A DNA stretch of 64,000 nt. Origin: Candidatus Rokubacteria bacterium 13_2_20CM_69_15_1 (GTDB lineage: Bacteria; Methylomirabilota; Methylomirabilia; Rokubacteriales; CSP1-6). Made by a program: the position numbers and the translations under genes. The first letter of the stretch is position 1, and each line of letters begins with the position of its first letter. The stretch spans positions 10,262 to 74,261 of the forward strand of contig MNCR01000141.1 of assembly GCA_001914535.1 (NCBI GenBank), in the 5' to 3' direction. This document shows positions 9,743 through 18,974 of the stretch, one piece after another. The notes beneath the pieces are model-generated. The model did not search any database. It was not told the DNA's origin and saw only the letters and a program-made list of their open reading frames with translations.

Positions 9743-10073
9743 CATGCGGAACGCAGCCGGGGCGCACCTCGTCGCGGGCTACCCACCGAAGGCGCCGGCC
9801 CAGCGGAGCTCGGTGGAATGAGAAGTGACATGCGGTACGGAGCCGGGGCGCACCTCGTTTCGGGCCACCCACCGAAGGCGCCGGCCCAGCGGAGCTCGGT
9901 GGAATGAGAAGTGACATGCGGAACGCAGCCGGGGCGCACCTCGTCGCGGGCCGCCCACCGGTGGTGCCGGCCCAGCGGAGCTCGGTGGAATGAGAAGTGA
10001 CATGCGGAACGCAGCCGGGGCGCACCTCGTCGCGGGCCGCCCACCGGTGGTGCCGGCCCAGCGGCTCTCGATA
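9729..10073 (+). repeat. Tandem repeat, 4 units of 86 bp (repeat family A)
   Basis: Units start at 9729, 9815, 9901 and 9987 (GGAATGAGAAGTGACATGCGG...). They are more than 90% identical. Each has an internal stem CCACCGA...TCGGTGG. There are no spacers. Confidence 0.9.
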
Positions 10074-10092
10074 GAAAGAAATGCATCCTGAG

Positions 10093-11316
10093 TCAGGCGG
10101 CCCGCACCTCCACGGTGAGGCCCAGATCGTGAAGGCGCGCGATCAGGCGTCTCGCGAGCTTCGCCTTATCCCGTTGGCTGAAGTAATCACCGCCGAGGTC
10201 TTCGTAGCTGACCTCGCGCTGCAGCACGTGATAGACGGCTGTGAGGATCGACGCCGCGACGGCGACGATGGCCTTCTTGGGCCCGCGGCGCGCCTTGAGG
10301 CGCAGAAACTGGGCTCGGAAGTAGGTGCCGTCTTTGCGGACGGCGGACCACGCGGCCTGGACGAGCGTGGTTTTGAGCCAGGGGTTTCCGGCGAGGGTTC
10401 TGGTGGAGCGCCGTTTGCCTGCGCTCTCGTCCTGCCGGGGCGAGAGGCCGGCCCACGAGCGGAGGTGCCCCGCGGTCGGGAAGCGGCTCATATCGACACC
10501 GAGTTCGGCGACCAGGACCGAGGCGGCGAGCGGGCCGATGCCGCGGATGGTGGTCAGGCGCTCGACAGCGGCCCGAAAGGGCGCGAGGGCGTCGCCCAAG
10601 CGCGCCTCCAGGTCGCGCACCGCCGCCCGCAGGGCGTCGACTTGGGTGAGATGGAGCTGGAGCATGAAGACGTGGTGCGGGGTGACCCGCCCGTGCAGGG
10701 CCGCGACCAGCTCGGCGCGCGAGGCCTTGAGGCGGCCCGTTGCCAGATCGGCGAGCCGGTCGGGATCGCGCTCGCCCGCGACCAGGGCGTCGAGGATGGC
10801 GCGGCCACTCACGCCGAGGATGTCGGTCAGGAGCCCGGTCAGTTTGAGGTTGGCCTGATCGAGCGTTTTCTGAATGCGGAGGGTGTGGCGGGCGATTTCG
10901 CGCGTCAGTTGTTTGCGGGTGCGGGTGAGATCGCGCAGCTCCTGGATGGGCTCCGGGGGGACGAAGCTGCTGCGGACGAGGCCATGAGCCAGAAGATCGG
11001 CGATCCACGTGGCGTCGTTGACATCGCTCTTGCGGCCGGGGACGTTGCGGACGTGCATGGGGTTGGCGAGGAGCAACTGAAACTGCCCCTCGAGGGCATA
11101 CCACACGGGCTTCCAGTAGACGCCGGTGGATTCCATCGCCACGTGAGTGACCTCGTGCCGGGCCAGCCAGTCGCCCAAGGCGAGGAGGTCGTCCGTGGTG
11201 GTCCCGAACGTCTGAAGATGGTGCTGCACTGTCTTTCCAGTCATGACGCGGGCGCAGGCGACGATCGTCTTCTGGTGGACGTCGAGGCCGGCACACTTGG
11301 CGTGAATCACATCCAT
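10093..11316 (-). CDS. IS110-family transposase/recombinase (DEDD RuvC-like + Tnp domain)
   Basis: MDVIHAKCAGLDVHQKTIVAC N-terminus, then ESTGVYW and a C-terminal IRGIGPLAASVLVAELG helix-hairpin-helix. GGAGGAGGA RBS before the ATG at 11316. Confidence 0.93.
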   Translation of the reverse strand: MDVIHAKCAGLDVHQKTIVACARVMTGKTVQHHLQTFGTTTDDLLALGDWLARHEVTHVAMESTGVYWKPVWYALEGQFQLLLANPMHVRNVPGRKSDVNDATWIADLLAHGLVRSSFVPPEPIQELRDLTRTRKQLTREIARHTLRIQKTLDQANLKLTGLLTDILGVSGRAILDALVAGERDPDRLADLATGRLKASRAELVAALHGRVTPHHVFMLQLHLTQVDALRAAVRDLEARLGDALAPFRAAVERLTTIRGIGPLAASVLVAELGVDMSRFPTAGHLRSWAGLSPRQDESAGKRRSTRTLAGNPWLKTTLVQAAWSAVRKDGTYFRAQFLRLKARRGPKKAIVAVAASILTAVYHVLQREVSYEDLGGDYFSQRDKAKLARRLIARLHDLGLTVEVRAA

Positions 11317-11547
11317 GGGGTCCTCCTCCGTGGTGTGGCGCCGGCGTGGAGCCCACGTCATCGAAAGTTAGAAGGCGCGCTCTCCGGTCGTCGACCGGTG
11401 GCGGCAGTACGGGGTGCTCGTCGGGCTCCGGGTCACATTACAATTCGGGCTCGTTGCACCAATCGAGGGCCGACCTCGCTGCCGGCACCCGCGCGGGAGT
11501 CTACCGCATTTCATGCGTCGCGGGTCCGCACAGCGGGTGAGGCATTA
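11317..11547 (-). ncRNA. Candidate IS110 bridge/seeker RNA region in the non-coding 5' end of the IS
   Basis: ~230 nt non-coding stretch upstream of the recombinase. In the IS110 subgroup this is where the bridge RNA is encoded. The 9-mer CATTACAAT is found both at the IS/flank junction (11543-11551) and internally (11436-11444). Confidence 0.35.
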
Positions 11548-11549
11548 CA

Positions 11550-11978
11550 ATGATCGAGACGATTCAAGGGTCGCGCTGCCCCGCGTGCGGGCTGACCGTC
11601 GCGCCGGCCGCCGCCTTCTGCCCGCGTGATCCGGTCCAGATGACGCCGGTCGAGCTCGAGGGCGCCGGCGAGATCGTGTCCTTCACCACGCTCTACTCGC
11701 CCCCCGCGGGGTTTCGGTCGCCGTTCCACATCGCGCTGGTTCTCCTCGAAGGCGGCGCCGGGTTCATCTGCCACGGCGCGGAGACCCGCGGCCTTCGGAT
11801 CGGCTCGCGCGTCGTGATCGAGGCAGTGGACGACGTCTACTACTTCTACCATCTCGGCGCGGTCGACCGCGCCCGGCTCTTCTGGCGACGCGCCGGCCGC
11901 GCCGGCGACCGGATGCAGGCGATCGCCCGGAGCCTCGCCAAGCGAGTCCGGAAAGGACGAGAGCGTGCCTCGCGCTGA
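11550..11978 (+). CDS. DUF35-like zinc-ribbon/OB-fold protein
   Basis: CPACGLTVAPAAAFCPRD ribbon followed by GEIVSFTTLY and a beta-rich segment. Confidence 0.75.
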   Translation: MIETIQGSRCPACGLTVAPAAAFCPRDPVQMTPVELEGAGEIVSFTTLYSPPAGFRSPFHIALVLLEGGAGFICHGAETRGLRIGSRVVIEAVDDVYYFYHLGAVDRARLFWRRAGRAGDRMQAIARSLAKRVRKGRERASR

Positions 11979-13161
11979 CGCGCCCCTCGCCCGCGTCCGT
12001 GTCCTGGATCTCACCCGCGTCCTTGCCGGACCCTTCTGCGCGATGATTCTGGGCGACATGGGGGCCGAGGTCGTCAAGGTCGAAGAGCCGGGGAAGGGCG
12101 ACGACACGCGGAGCTGGCCGCCCTTCACGGGCGGCGAGTCGACGTACTTCATGTCCGTGAACCGCAACAAGAAGAGCGTCACCCTGAACCTCAAGGCTCC
12201 GGCGGGCCAGGCGATACTCCGGACGCTCGTCAGGAAGAGCGACGTCCTGCTCGAGAACTTTCGGCCCGGGACGATGGAGAAGCTCGGGTTCGGCTACCGG
12301 GCGCTCGCCCGGCTCAACCCGCGGCTCGTCTACTGCTCGATCTCGGGCTTCGGCGAGTCGGGGCCGGAGGCACACCGCGCCGGCTACGACCTCGTCGTCC
12401 AGGCTGAGTCGGGGATCATGGACATCACCGGGTTTCCCGACGGCCCGCCCGTCAAGGTCGGCACCTCGATCGCCGATCTCGTCGCGGGCATGTCGGCGGC
12501 CCACGGCGTGACGCTCGCGCTGCTCGCGCGCGCCCGGACGCGTCGCGGCCAGAAGGTCGAGATCTCGATGCTCGACGCCATGGCCGCGCTCCTCACGTAC
12601 CAGGCGGGGATCTACTTCGGCACCGGCGCGCGGCCGGCGCGCCGGGGGAACGCCCACCCCTCGATCGTGCCGTACGAGGTCTTCAAGGCGGCCGACGCGT
12701 ACCTGACGCTCGGCGTGGCCAACAACGCGCTCTGGACGAAGTGCTGCGCCGCGCTCGAGCGCCCCGAGCTCGCGAAGGATCCGCGCTTCGACACCGAAGC
12801 CCGGCGCGTGCAGAACCGCGACGCGCTCATCCCGCTGCTCAACGAGATCCTCGGTGCCCGCACCGCGGCGAAGTGGCTCGAGCGCTTCGAAGGCGCGGGC
12901 GTTCCAGCCGGCCGGATCACGAGCGTCCCCGAGGTGTGCGAGAGTGAGCACCTGAAGGCGCGCTCCATGATCGTGACGCTCCCGCATCCGCGGGCGGGCC
13001 GCGTGACGGTCCTGGGCGTGCCGATCCGCCTGCACACGACGCCGGGCAGGGCGCGGCTGGCGCCGCCCGTGCTCGGCCAGCACACCGACGCGGTGCTCGG
13101 GTCGCTGGCGGGTCTCACGCGCGCCGAGATCGCGGGGCTCCGGCGCGATGGCGTAATCTGA
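11965..13161 (+). CDS. Family III CoA-transferase (CaiB/BaiF type)
   Basis: RVLDLTRVLAGPFCAMILGDMGAEVVKVE and the GYDLVVQAESGIM motif. Confidence 0.92.
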   Translation: MPRADAPLARVRVLDLTRVLAGPFCAMILGDMGAEVVKVEEPGKGDDTRSWPPFTGGESTYFMSVNRNKKSVTLNLKAPAGQAILRTLVRKSDVLLENFRPGTMEKLGFGYRALARLNPRLVYCSISGFGESGPEAHRAGYDLVVQAESGIMDITGFPDGPPVKVGTSIADLVAGMSAAHGVTLALLARARTRRGQKVEISMLDAMAALLTYQAGIYFGTGARPARRGNAHPSIVPYEVFKAADAYLTLGVANNALWTKCCAALERPELAKDPRFDTEARRVQNRDALIPLLNEILGARTAAKWLERFEGAGVPAGRITSVPEVCESEHLKARSMIVTLPHPRAGRVTVLGVPIRLHTTPGRARLAPPVLGQHTDAVLGSLAGLTRAEIAGLRRDGVI

Positions 13162-13760
13162 TGGACCTCACGCCCGTCGTGCTCTGCGGCCGCTGGCTCA
13201 CGCTCGAGCCGATCGACGCGCGCCACGCGCCCGACCTCTTCCAGGTCATGCAAGACGACGAGGTCTGCCGCTACCTCTTCTGGTCGCCGCCGAGGAACCT
13301 CGACGAAACGCAGACGCTCGTGCGCGAAGCCCGGGATCTGATGACGCGCGGCGAGTCCATCGTGTTCGCGCAGATTTGGAACGAGACCGGGCGCTGCGTC
13401 GGCTCCACGCGGCTCCTCGACGTGCGGCCGGCCGACCGTCAGGTAGAGATCGGCTCGACCTTCCTCGCGCGCTCGCTCTGGCGGACGCCGGCGAACACGG
13501 AGTCGAAATTCCTCTTCCTCACCCACTGCTTCGAGAAGCTCGGCTGCGTCCGCGTTGCGTTGAAGACTGACGGCCGGAACGTGCGCTCCCAGGAGGCAAT
13601 CGCCCGGCTCGGCGCCTCGCGGGAAGGTGTGCTCCGGAAGCACATGAGCATCAAAGGCTTCCAGCGGGACACGGTCTACTACTCCATCCTCGACAGCGAG
13701 TGGCCGGCCGTGAAGCGCCGCCTCGCCCAGCGCCTCCACGGACCCGCCCGCGAATCTTGA
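13161..13760 (+). CDS. GNAT N-acetyltransferase (RimJ/RimL-like)
   Basis: 199 aa. Pattern LTLEPIDARHAPDLF ... KLGCVRVALKTDGRNVRSQEAIARLGASREGVLRKH. Confidence 0.85.
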   Translation: MDLTPVVLCGRWLTLEPIDARHAPDLFQVMQDDEVCRYLFWSPPRNLDETQTLVREARDLMTRGESIVFAQIWNETGRCVGSTRLLDVRPADRQVEIGSTFLARSLWRTPANTESKFLFLTHCFEKLGCVRVALKTDGRNVRSQEAIARLGASREGVLRKHMSIKGFQRDTVYYSILDSEWPAVKRRLAQRLHGPARES

Positions 13761-13797
13761 CACTTCGCGGCGCGGGAGGGCATGATGACGACTACAC

Positions 13798-15378
13798 ATG
13801 CGGCGCGTGATCAAGATCTACGACACGACGCTGCGAGACGGCACCCAGGGCGAAGGCGTGTCCTTCTCGATGGAGGACAAGGTCCGTCTGGCGGCTCGGC
13901 TCGACGCGCTCGGCATCCACTACATCGAGGGCGGCTGGCCCGGCTCCAACCCGAAAGACCTGCGCTTCTTCCGCCGCATGCAGGACGTGACGCTCAAGCA
14001 CGCCAAGCTCGCCGCGTTCAGCATGACCCGGCGCGCGGGCGGCACGGCCGAGTCGGACGCCAACATGCAGGCGCTCCTCGACGCGGGCGCGCCCGTCGCG
14101 ACGATCGTGGGCAAATCGTGGGACTTCCACGTCACCCACGCGCTCTCCACCACGCTCGACGAAAATTTGAAGATGATCGCCGACACGATCGCCTTCCTCC
14201 GGCCGCGGATGGATGAGGTGATGTTCGACGCCGAGCACTTCTTTGACGGCTTCCGCCGGAACCGCGAGTACGCGCTCGCGACGCTCCGGGCCGCAGAAAC
14301 GGCGGGCGCGCACTGGGTCGTGCTCTGCGACACGAATGGCGGCACGCTCCCGCACGACCTCGTCGAGGTCCTCCGGGTCGTGAAGACGCACGTGAAGACG
14401 CCGCTCGGCATCCACGTCCACAACGACGCCGAGTGCGCCGTCGCCAACTCGCTGGCCGCCGTGGCCGAAGGGGTCGGCCAGGTGCAGGGCACGTTCAACG
14501 GCTACGGCGAGCGATGCGGCAACGCGAACCTCGTCTCGATCATCCCGAACCTCGTCCTCAAGATGGGGCTCGAGTGCATCCCCGAGCCGAACCTGCACGA
14601 GCTGCGGGACGCCTCGCGCTTCGTTTCCGAGCTGGCCAACCGCAAGCCCTGGGCCTCGCAGCCCTACGTGGGCGACTCCGCCTTCGCCCACAAGGGCGGT
14701 ATGCACGTCTCCGCCGTGCTCAAGCACCCGGAGACGTACGAGCACGTCGACCCCGAGGCGGTGGGCAACCACCGGCGCGTGCTCGTCTCCGAGCTCGCGG
14801 GCAAGTCGAACATCCTCTGGAAGGCGCGCGAGTACGGCATCGACATCGACCGGGACACGCCGGACTCGCGGCGGATCCTCGCCGAACTCAAGGGGCTCGA
14901 GGATCAGGGGTTCCAGTTCGAGGGTGCGGAGGCGTCGTTCGAGCTCTTGATGGAGCGCGCGCTCGGCCGGCACAAGCCGTGCTTCGAGCTCGACGCGTAC
15001 CGCGTGATCGTCGAGGAGCAGAACCACGCCGCGGAGCCGGTCGCCGAGGCGACGGTGCGCGTACGCGTCAAGGGCATCCTCGAGCATACCGCGGCGACGG
15101 GCAACGGGCCCGTCAACGCGCTCGACCACGCGCTCCGCAAGGCGCTCGAGGAGTTTTACCCGAACCTCCGGGCGATGCGGCTCCTCGACTACAAGGTGCG
15201 CATCCTCGACGAGTCCAAGGGCACCGCGGCGAAGACGCGGGTGCTCATCACCTCGGGCGACGGCGAGGAGACGTGGGGCACGGTGGGGGTCGCGGACAAC
15301 ATCATCGAGGCCTCCTGGCAGGCGCTCGTGGACTCGATCGAGTACAAGCTGCGCCGCGACGAGCGGGCACGTTCATGA
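13798..15378 (+). CDS. cimA: Citramalate synthase (LeuA-family, CimA type)
   Basis: [48 protein letters not shown], 526 aa, with a C-terminal LeuA-dimer-like domain. Confidence 0.85.
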   Translation: MRRVIKIYDTTLRDGTQGEGVSFSMEDKVRLAARLDALGIHYIEGGWPGSNPKDLRFFRRMQDVTLKHAKLAAFSMTRRAGGTAESDANMQALLDAGAPVATIVGKSWDFHVTHALSTTLDENLKMIADTIAFLRPRMDEVMFDAEHFFDGFRRNREYALATLRAAETAGAHWVVLCDTNGGTLPHDLVEVLRVVKTHVKTPLGIHVHNDAECAVANSLAAVAEGVGQVQGTFNGYGERCGNANLVSIIPNLVLKMGLECIPEPNLHELRDASRFVSELANRKPWASQPYVGDSAFAHKGGMHVSAVLKHPETYEHVDPEAVGNHRRVLVSELAGKSNILWKAREYGIDIDRDTPDSRRILAELKGLEDQGFQFEGAEASFELLMERALGRHKPCFELDAYRVIVEEQNHAAEPVAEATVRVRVKGILEHTAATGNGPVNALDHALRKALEEFYPNLRAMRLLDYKVRILDESKGTAAKTRVLITSGDGEETWGTVGVADNIIEASWQALVDSIEYKLRRDERARS

Positions 15379-15743
15379 CGATCGTGGTCGTCGACGACGA
15401 GCCCGCGATCGTCAAGACGTGCGAGAGCGTCCTCGGCGCGCAGGGCCACCGGGTCTACGGTTTCACGACCACGCGCGAGGCGCTCGCGCATCTCGCTCAT
15501 GGCGCCGCCGACCTGCTCGTCGTGGACTACATGATGCCCGAGCAAAACGGCTTCGAGTTCATCCAGGAGGCGTGGTCGCTCCGGCCCGCGCTCCGCGTCG
15601 TCATGATCACCGCCCACGGCTCACGCGAGCTCCTCGGCGAGGCCACCCAGGCCGGGATCCATGGCGTGGTGCTCAAGCCGTTCAGCGCCACCGACCTCAC
15701 CCGCGGCGTCGAGATGGCGATGCGGGGAGCGCCACCCGCCTGA
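15375..15743 (+). CDS. Single-domain response-regulator receiver (CheY-like)
   Basis: VVVDDEP, VVDYMMP (phospho-Asp), MITAHG and LKPF are present. ATGA overlap with cimA. Confidence 0.88.
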   Translation: MTIVVVDDEPAIVKTCESVLGAQGHRVYGFTTTREALAHLAHGAADLLVVDYMMPEQNGFEFIQEAWSLRPALRVVMITAHGSRELLGEATQAGIHGVVLKPFSATDLTRGVEMAMRGAPPA

Positions 15744-15888
15744 GCGACCTGGAGGGGGCTTCGCCCTTTCCAAAGCCCCCGTACCCCTGGTCCGGAAATT
15801 AACAGGCCGGCCAGGAACTTACCAGCACTTCGGGCGTCCAAGATCCGGAAGTTCCTGAAATTTAAGACTATGGAAATCGGTATCGAAT

Positions 15889-16194
15889 TTGCCATACCCA
15901 TGTCCCCAGGAGGAATCAGTCATGGGGATCGGGGAAGTGGCAGCCTTCAACAGTCTGACGCAGGGCAACGGTCTGACGCAGAGCAACGGCCAAGCGCACG
16001 CCTCGACGCGGGGTGTGGGTCGGCCGTCGACGGTGGCCCATTACACGCCGCTGATCTCGCAGTGGCTCAGAGAGAACCCGATCATGTCGGGCGCCGAGGT
16101 TCTCCGGCGTGTCCGTCTGACGGGCTATCGCGGTGGCAAGAGCGCGCTCTATGAGCTCGTGCGGCGCCTCCGGCTCGGCACCCCAGGAAACTAG
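15889..16194 (+). pseudogene. Relic resembling the N-terminal HTH region of an IS21-type (IstA-like) transposase
   Basis: HYTPLISQWLRENPIMSGAEVLRRVRLTGYRGGKSALYELVRRLR resembles the IstA N-terminal segment, judged from memory. No catalytic domain follows. It lies in a locally low-GC patch (15780-16560). Confidence 0.35.
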
Positions 16195-16571
16195 CCCCCG
16201 CAGCGACTCGCTCCCGCGTCGACGCGCGACCGAGTCGCCGCACGCCGGACGCCGCTCGGCGCCGGTCTTTCGACCCGTTTAGCAAGCACCGTTCGAAACC
16301 CACGCGGTTTTCCTCGTTCCCAGCGGTGAGTTCGTGGCCGTCGGCATGGCCACGGATCAGCCATCGGGGCTTCTCCCGGGTTCAGCAAGGCGTCACAGCG
16401 CGCACTTGTGAAGCGACGACGCCTGGCATACGGGTTGCTGGCTATTGGGACGACCTCGCTCCGACAAAGGCAAACCAGTCGTGAGGCTGGGACGCAAAGC
16501 CATGGACCCCAGTGGTGTTGGGGCCGCCAGGCTACCGAAACGCGAGGACCCGATCAAAGCGGAGGGTCCTC

Positions 16572-17000
16572 ATGCCGTCGAGTGGAAGCGATCGCAGCCG
16601 GCGACGCCGAGTGCTCATCGTCGATGATGAGCCCATCATCGCTGAGTTAATTTCCGACTGTCTGGCGAGCTCTCCCGAGCCGCTCGACGTAGTGAAAGCG
16701 GGCAACGGTCGGGCCGCCCTGGAGGCCGTGGAGCGCACGCGCCCAGACCTCGTCTTGCTCGACATCAACATGCCCGTGATGGACGGGCTGGAGACGCTCA
16801 AGCGCCTCCGCGTCCTCCATCCGCGACTGCCCGTTTTGATGATCACGGGGAGTGACGGCGCATCGGTGGCGGCGGCGCTCGCGGCGGGCGCCTTCGGCTA
16901 CCTCCCGAAACCGATGGACCTGCGCTACATCGTCCACCTCGTCGGTCTCGCGCTGGGCACGCAACCCGCGCACGTGGTTGCCGCGGACGGAAGGCCATGA
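16572..17000 (+). CDS. Single-domain response-regulator receiver
   Basis: LIVDDEP, LLDINMPVMDG, LMITGS and YLPKP are present. GGAGGG RBS before the ATG at 16572. Confidence 0.85.
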   Translation: MPSSGSDRSRRRRVLIVDDEPIIAELISDCLASSPEPLDVVKAGNGRAALEAVERTRPDLVLLDINMPVMDGLETLKRLRVLHPRLPVLMITGSDGASVAAALAAGAFGYLPKPMDLRYIVHLVGLALGTQPAHVVAADGRP

Positions 17001-17566
17001 GCGCGCTCGGGTCCCTCCTCGTCGTGGGTGACGACGCGGAAGCCGCCGGAACGCTGCGGGAGTTCTTTACCCGGAAGGGCTACCTCGTCGACGTGGCGTC
17101 GAACGGTGGCGACGCCCTCATGCTCGTCTCGCTGAGTCGACCCGACGCGGTGATCCTCGACATCCACCTGCCAGACACGGACGGCGCCCGGCTCCTCAGT
17201 GAGCTTCGGGCGCTCGATGAGTCGATCACCGTGGTCATGCTGAACGGCTCTGACAACGAGGACGCGGCGCGTGCTTTCCTTAAGGCGGGAGCCTTCGACT
17301 CCGTCCGGAGGCCGTTGCACTGGGACCGCCTCGAGCAGACCGTCGGTCGCGCGATCGTCGTCGGGAGAGAGAAGCCCCGCCGCGGTGTCGTGCTGCCCTT
17401 CAACCCGGATCGCCGCAAGGGATCCGAGAGCGCCCCCGGCGAGGGCGATACCGCGGAGTGCCGCGTTTGCCACGAGCGCGTGGTCGACGACACGCGGGCG
17501 GTCATCGAGAAGGGCTCGGTGTCGCACGCCGCGTGCTGGCTCGGGCAACGGGCGCGGCGCCGGTAG
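16997..17566 (+). CDS. Receiver-like domain protein with C-terminal Cys/His cluster
   Basis: VVGDD, ILDIHLPDTDG and MLNGS are present, but the conserved Lys position reads SVRRP. The C-terminal CRVCH-x19-H-x2-C looks like a zinc ribbon. ATGA overlap with the previous receiver. Confidence 0.75.
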   Translation: MSALGSLLVVGDDAEAAGTLREFFTRKGYLVDVASNGGDALMLVSLSRPDAVILDIHLPDTDGARLLSELRALDESITVVMLNGSDNEDAARAFLKAGAFDSVRRPLHWDRLEQTVGRAIVVGREKPRRGVVLPFNPDRRKGSESAPGEGDTAECRVCHERVVDDTRAVIEKGSVSHAACWLGQRARRR

Positions 17567-17660
17567 GCACCGAGCGTCACCCGAGACACCACTCGACCGC
17601 TCACCAAAGCGTTGTTCCTCCTCTCTCCGGAATTGCGACACAGGGAGTTGCGTATTGCAA

Positions 17661-18095
17661 TTAGCCGACGCTCGACGGGCGCAGGCGCTTGTAGAAGAGG
17701 AGCTCGCGGTAGCCTTGCGGGAGGTTGTCGATGTACCCGGAGGGAACGAAGCCCAGCGCCGTGTGCATCTTGATCGAGACCGCGTTGGTCTCCTCCGTCG
17801 ACGAGAAGACCCGGGGGCTGGGCGAGATCTCCTCGACCATCCGGTAGAGCGCCCGCGCGACGCCGTGCCGGCGGAGCTTCTCGCGCACGGCGACGAGCCC
17901 GACAAACGTGCACTGGAACCAGTCGGTCCGATACGCGAGGAAGCCGGCGACCTCGCCCGCCTCCTCGGCGACGAGCAGGTGGTGGCGCTCCGCGTGGGAG
18001 CGAACGAACGCACCCGCGCGCTCGGCCCCGATGACCTCCGCCGCCAGCGCCATGACGGGAGCCAGGTCGGCCGGCTCTGCGTGCCGGACCCTCAC
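17661..18095 (-). CDS. GNAT acetyltransferase
   Basis: VRVRHAEPADLAPV ... VAVREKLRRHGVARALY ... motif A-like segment. GTGA overlap with the upstream hydrolase. Confidence 0.8.
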   Translation of the reverse strand: MRVRHAEPADLAPVMALAAEVIGAERAGAFVRSHAERHHLLVAEEAGEVAGFLAYRTDWFQCTFVGLVAVREKLRRHGVARALYRMVEEISPSPRVFSSTEETNAVSIKMHTALGFVPSGYIDNLPQGYRELLFYKRLRPSSVG

Positions 18096-18961
18096 GCCGC
18101 CAGGAAGGCCGCGAGCTCGCGTGTCACCGCGGGATGTTCGCCGAGCACGACGGTGTAGTGGTTGGTGTTCGGGACAACGACCAGCCGGCAACTCGGGATC
18201 GCGTGAGCCATCGCCTCCGCCTCCTCCTGGGTCATCAGGCAGTCGTCCGCCCGCAGCAGGCCGTCGGGCGCGCGGAACAGCAACGTGGGCGCCGTGATCT
18301 GGTGGTGCCAGACCCAGAGGCGCGCGCGCTGGAGGTTCGCCACCTCTTCCTCGACCGCGTGCCTGGCGACCTTCGACCGGACGCCCCCGCCCGGCGCCGG
18401 CTCCACGTCGTACGTGTAGTGCCGGGCAAGGGAGTCGTTCCACCGCCCTTCGAACATCGGGAGGCCCTTGAGGAGCTCGAGGAACTTGTCGAGCGACGGG
18501 AACTCGACGCCGAGTCGGCTGATCGCCGGCGCCAGCGAGTCCAGGATCTCCGCGCGCACGTCGAGCCCGCCGTCGAAGAGGACGAGCTTGGCGACGCGCT
18601 CGGGGTGGAGGGTGGCGAAGCGCACCCCGATGTGGGCGCCCAGCGAGTGCCCCATCACGATGGCGCGGTCGAGGCGAACGTCGTCGAGCAGCGCCAGGAG
18701 ATCTGCGGCGTGGTGGGCGAGGCTGTAGCCGGCGGGTGGCTTATCGCTGTCGCCCCGACCGCGGAGATCATACGCGATGAACCGATGGCTCCCACCGAGC
18801 GCGTCGGCGATCGGGTACCAGACCGTGTGGTTCGACGTGAGCCCGTGGATCGCGACGATCGCGGGGTCGCGCCCCGGCCACTCGTGAGTGGCGAGCGTGA
18901 TGCGGTTGACACGCCTGTCGTGCCGTCGGGGCGCCTGCGCGCCCGACGTTCGGGGGGTCAT
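18092..18961 (-). CDS. Alpha/beta-fold hydrolase
   Basis: IHGLTSNH, YDLRGRGDS and the nucleophile elbow GHSLGA. Confidence 0.88.
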   Translation of the reverse strand: MTPRTSGAQAPRRHDRRVNRITLATHEWPGRDPAIVAIHGLTSNHTVWYPIADALGGSHRFIAYDLRGRGDSDKPPAGYSLAHHAADLLALLDDVRLDRAIVMGHSLGAHIGVRFATLHPERVAKLVLFDGGLDVRAEILDSLAPAISRLGVEFPSLDKFLELLKGLPMFEGRWNDSLARHYTYDVEPAPGGGVRSKVARHAVEEEVANLQRARLWVWHHQITAPTLLFRAPDGLLRADDCLMTQEEAEAMAHAIPSCRLVVVPNTNHYTVVLGEHPAVTRELAAFLAA

Positions 18962-18974
18962 CGTGTGTCCCTTC

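Larger units (their letters stand above)
10073..11547 (-). mobile_element. IS110-family insertion sequence (~1.47 kb, boundaries approximate)
   Basis: One DEDD-type transposase ORF, a ~230-nt non-coding 5' end and no terminal inverted repeats. Boundaries inferred by analogy with the uninterrupted junction CTCTCGATACCATGATC at 4932-4948. The flanks form an inverted TCTCGAT / ATCGAGA pair. Confidence 0.75.

Noticed and set aside
9729-10073. Possible CRISPR array.
   Set aside because: The units are directly abutting 86-bp repeats with no unique spacers. The unit is far longer than CRISPR repeats, and no cas genes are nearby.
9616-10086. Three overlapping minus-strand ORFs (74-156 aa) running through the 86-bp tandem repeat.
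   Set aside because: They exist only because the repeat lacks stops in those frames. The 86-bp period is not a multiple of 3, and the three frames simply re-read the same unit.
16290-16315. GTTCGAAAC stretch resembling a tRNA T-loop.
   Set aside because: I could not build a complementary T-stem, acceptor stem or anticodon arm around it.
17459-17536. CRVCH in the third receiver protein as a haem-c attachment site.
   Set aside because: The protein has no signal peptide or TM segment and should be cytoplasmic. The C-x2-C ... H-x2-C pattern fits a zinc ribbon better.
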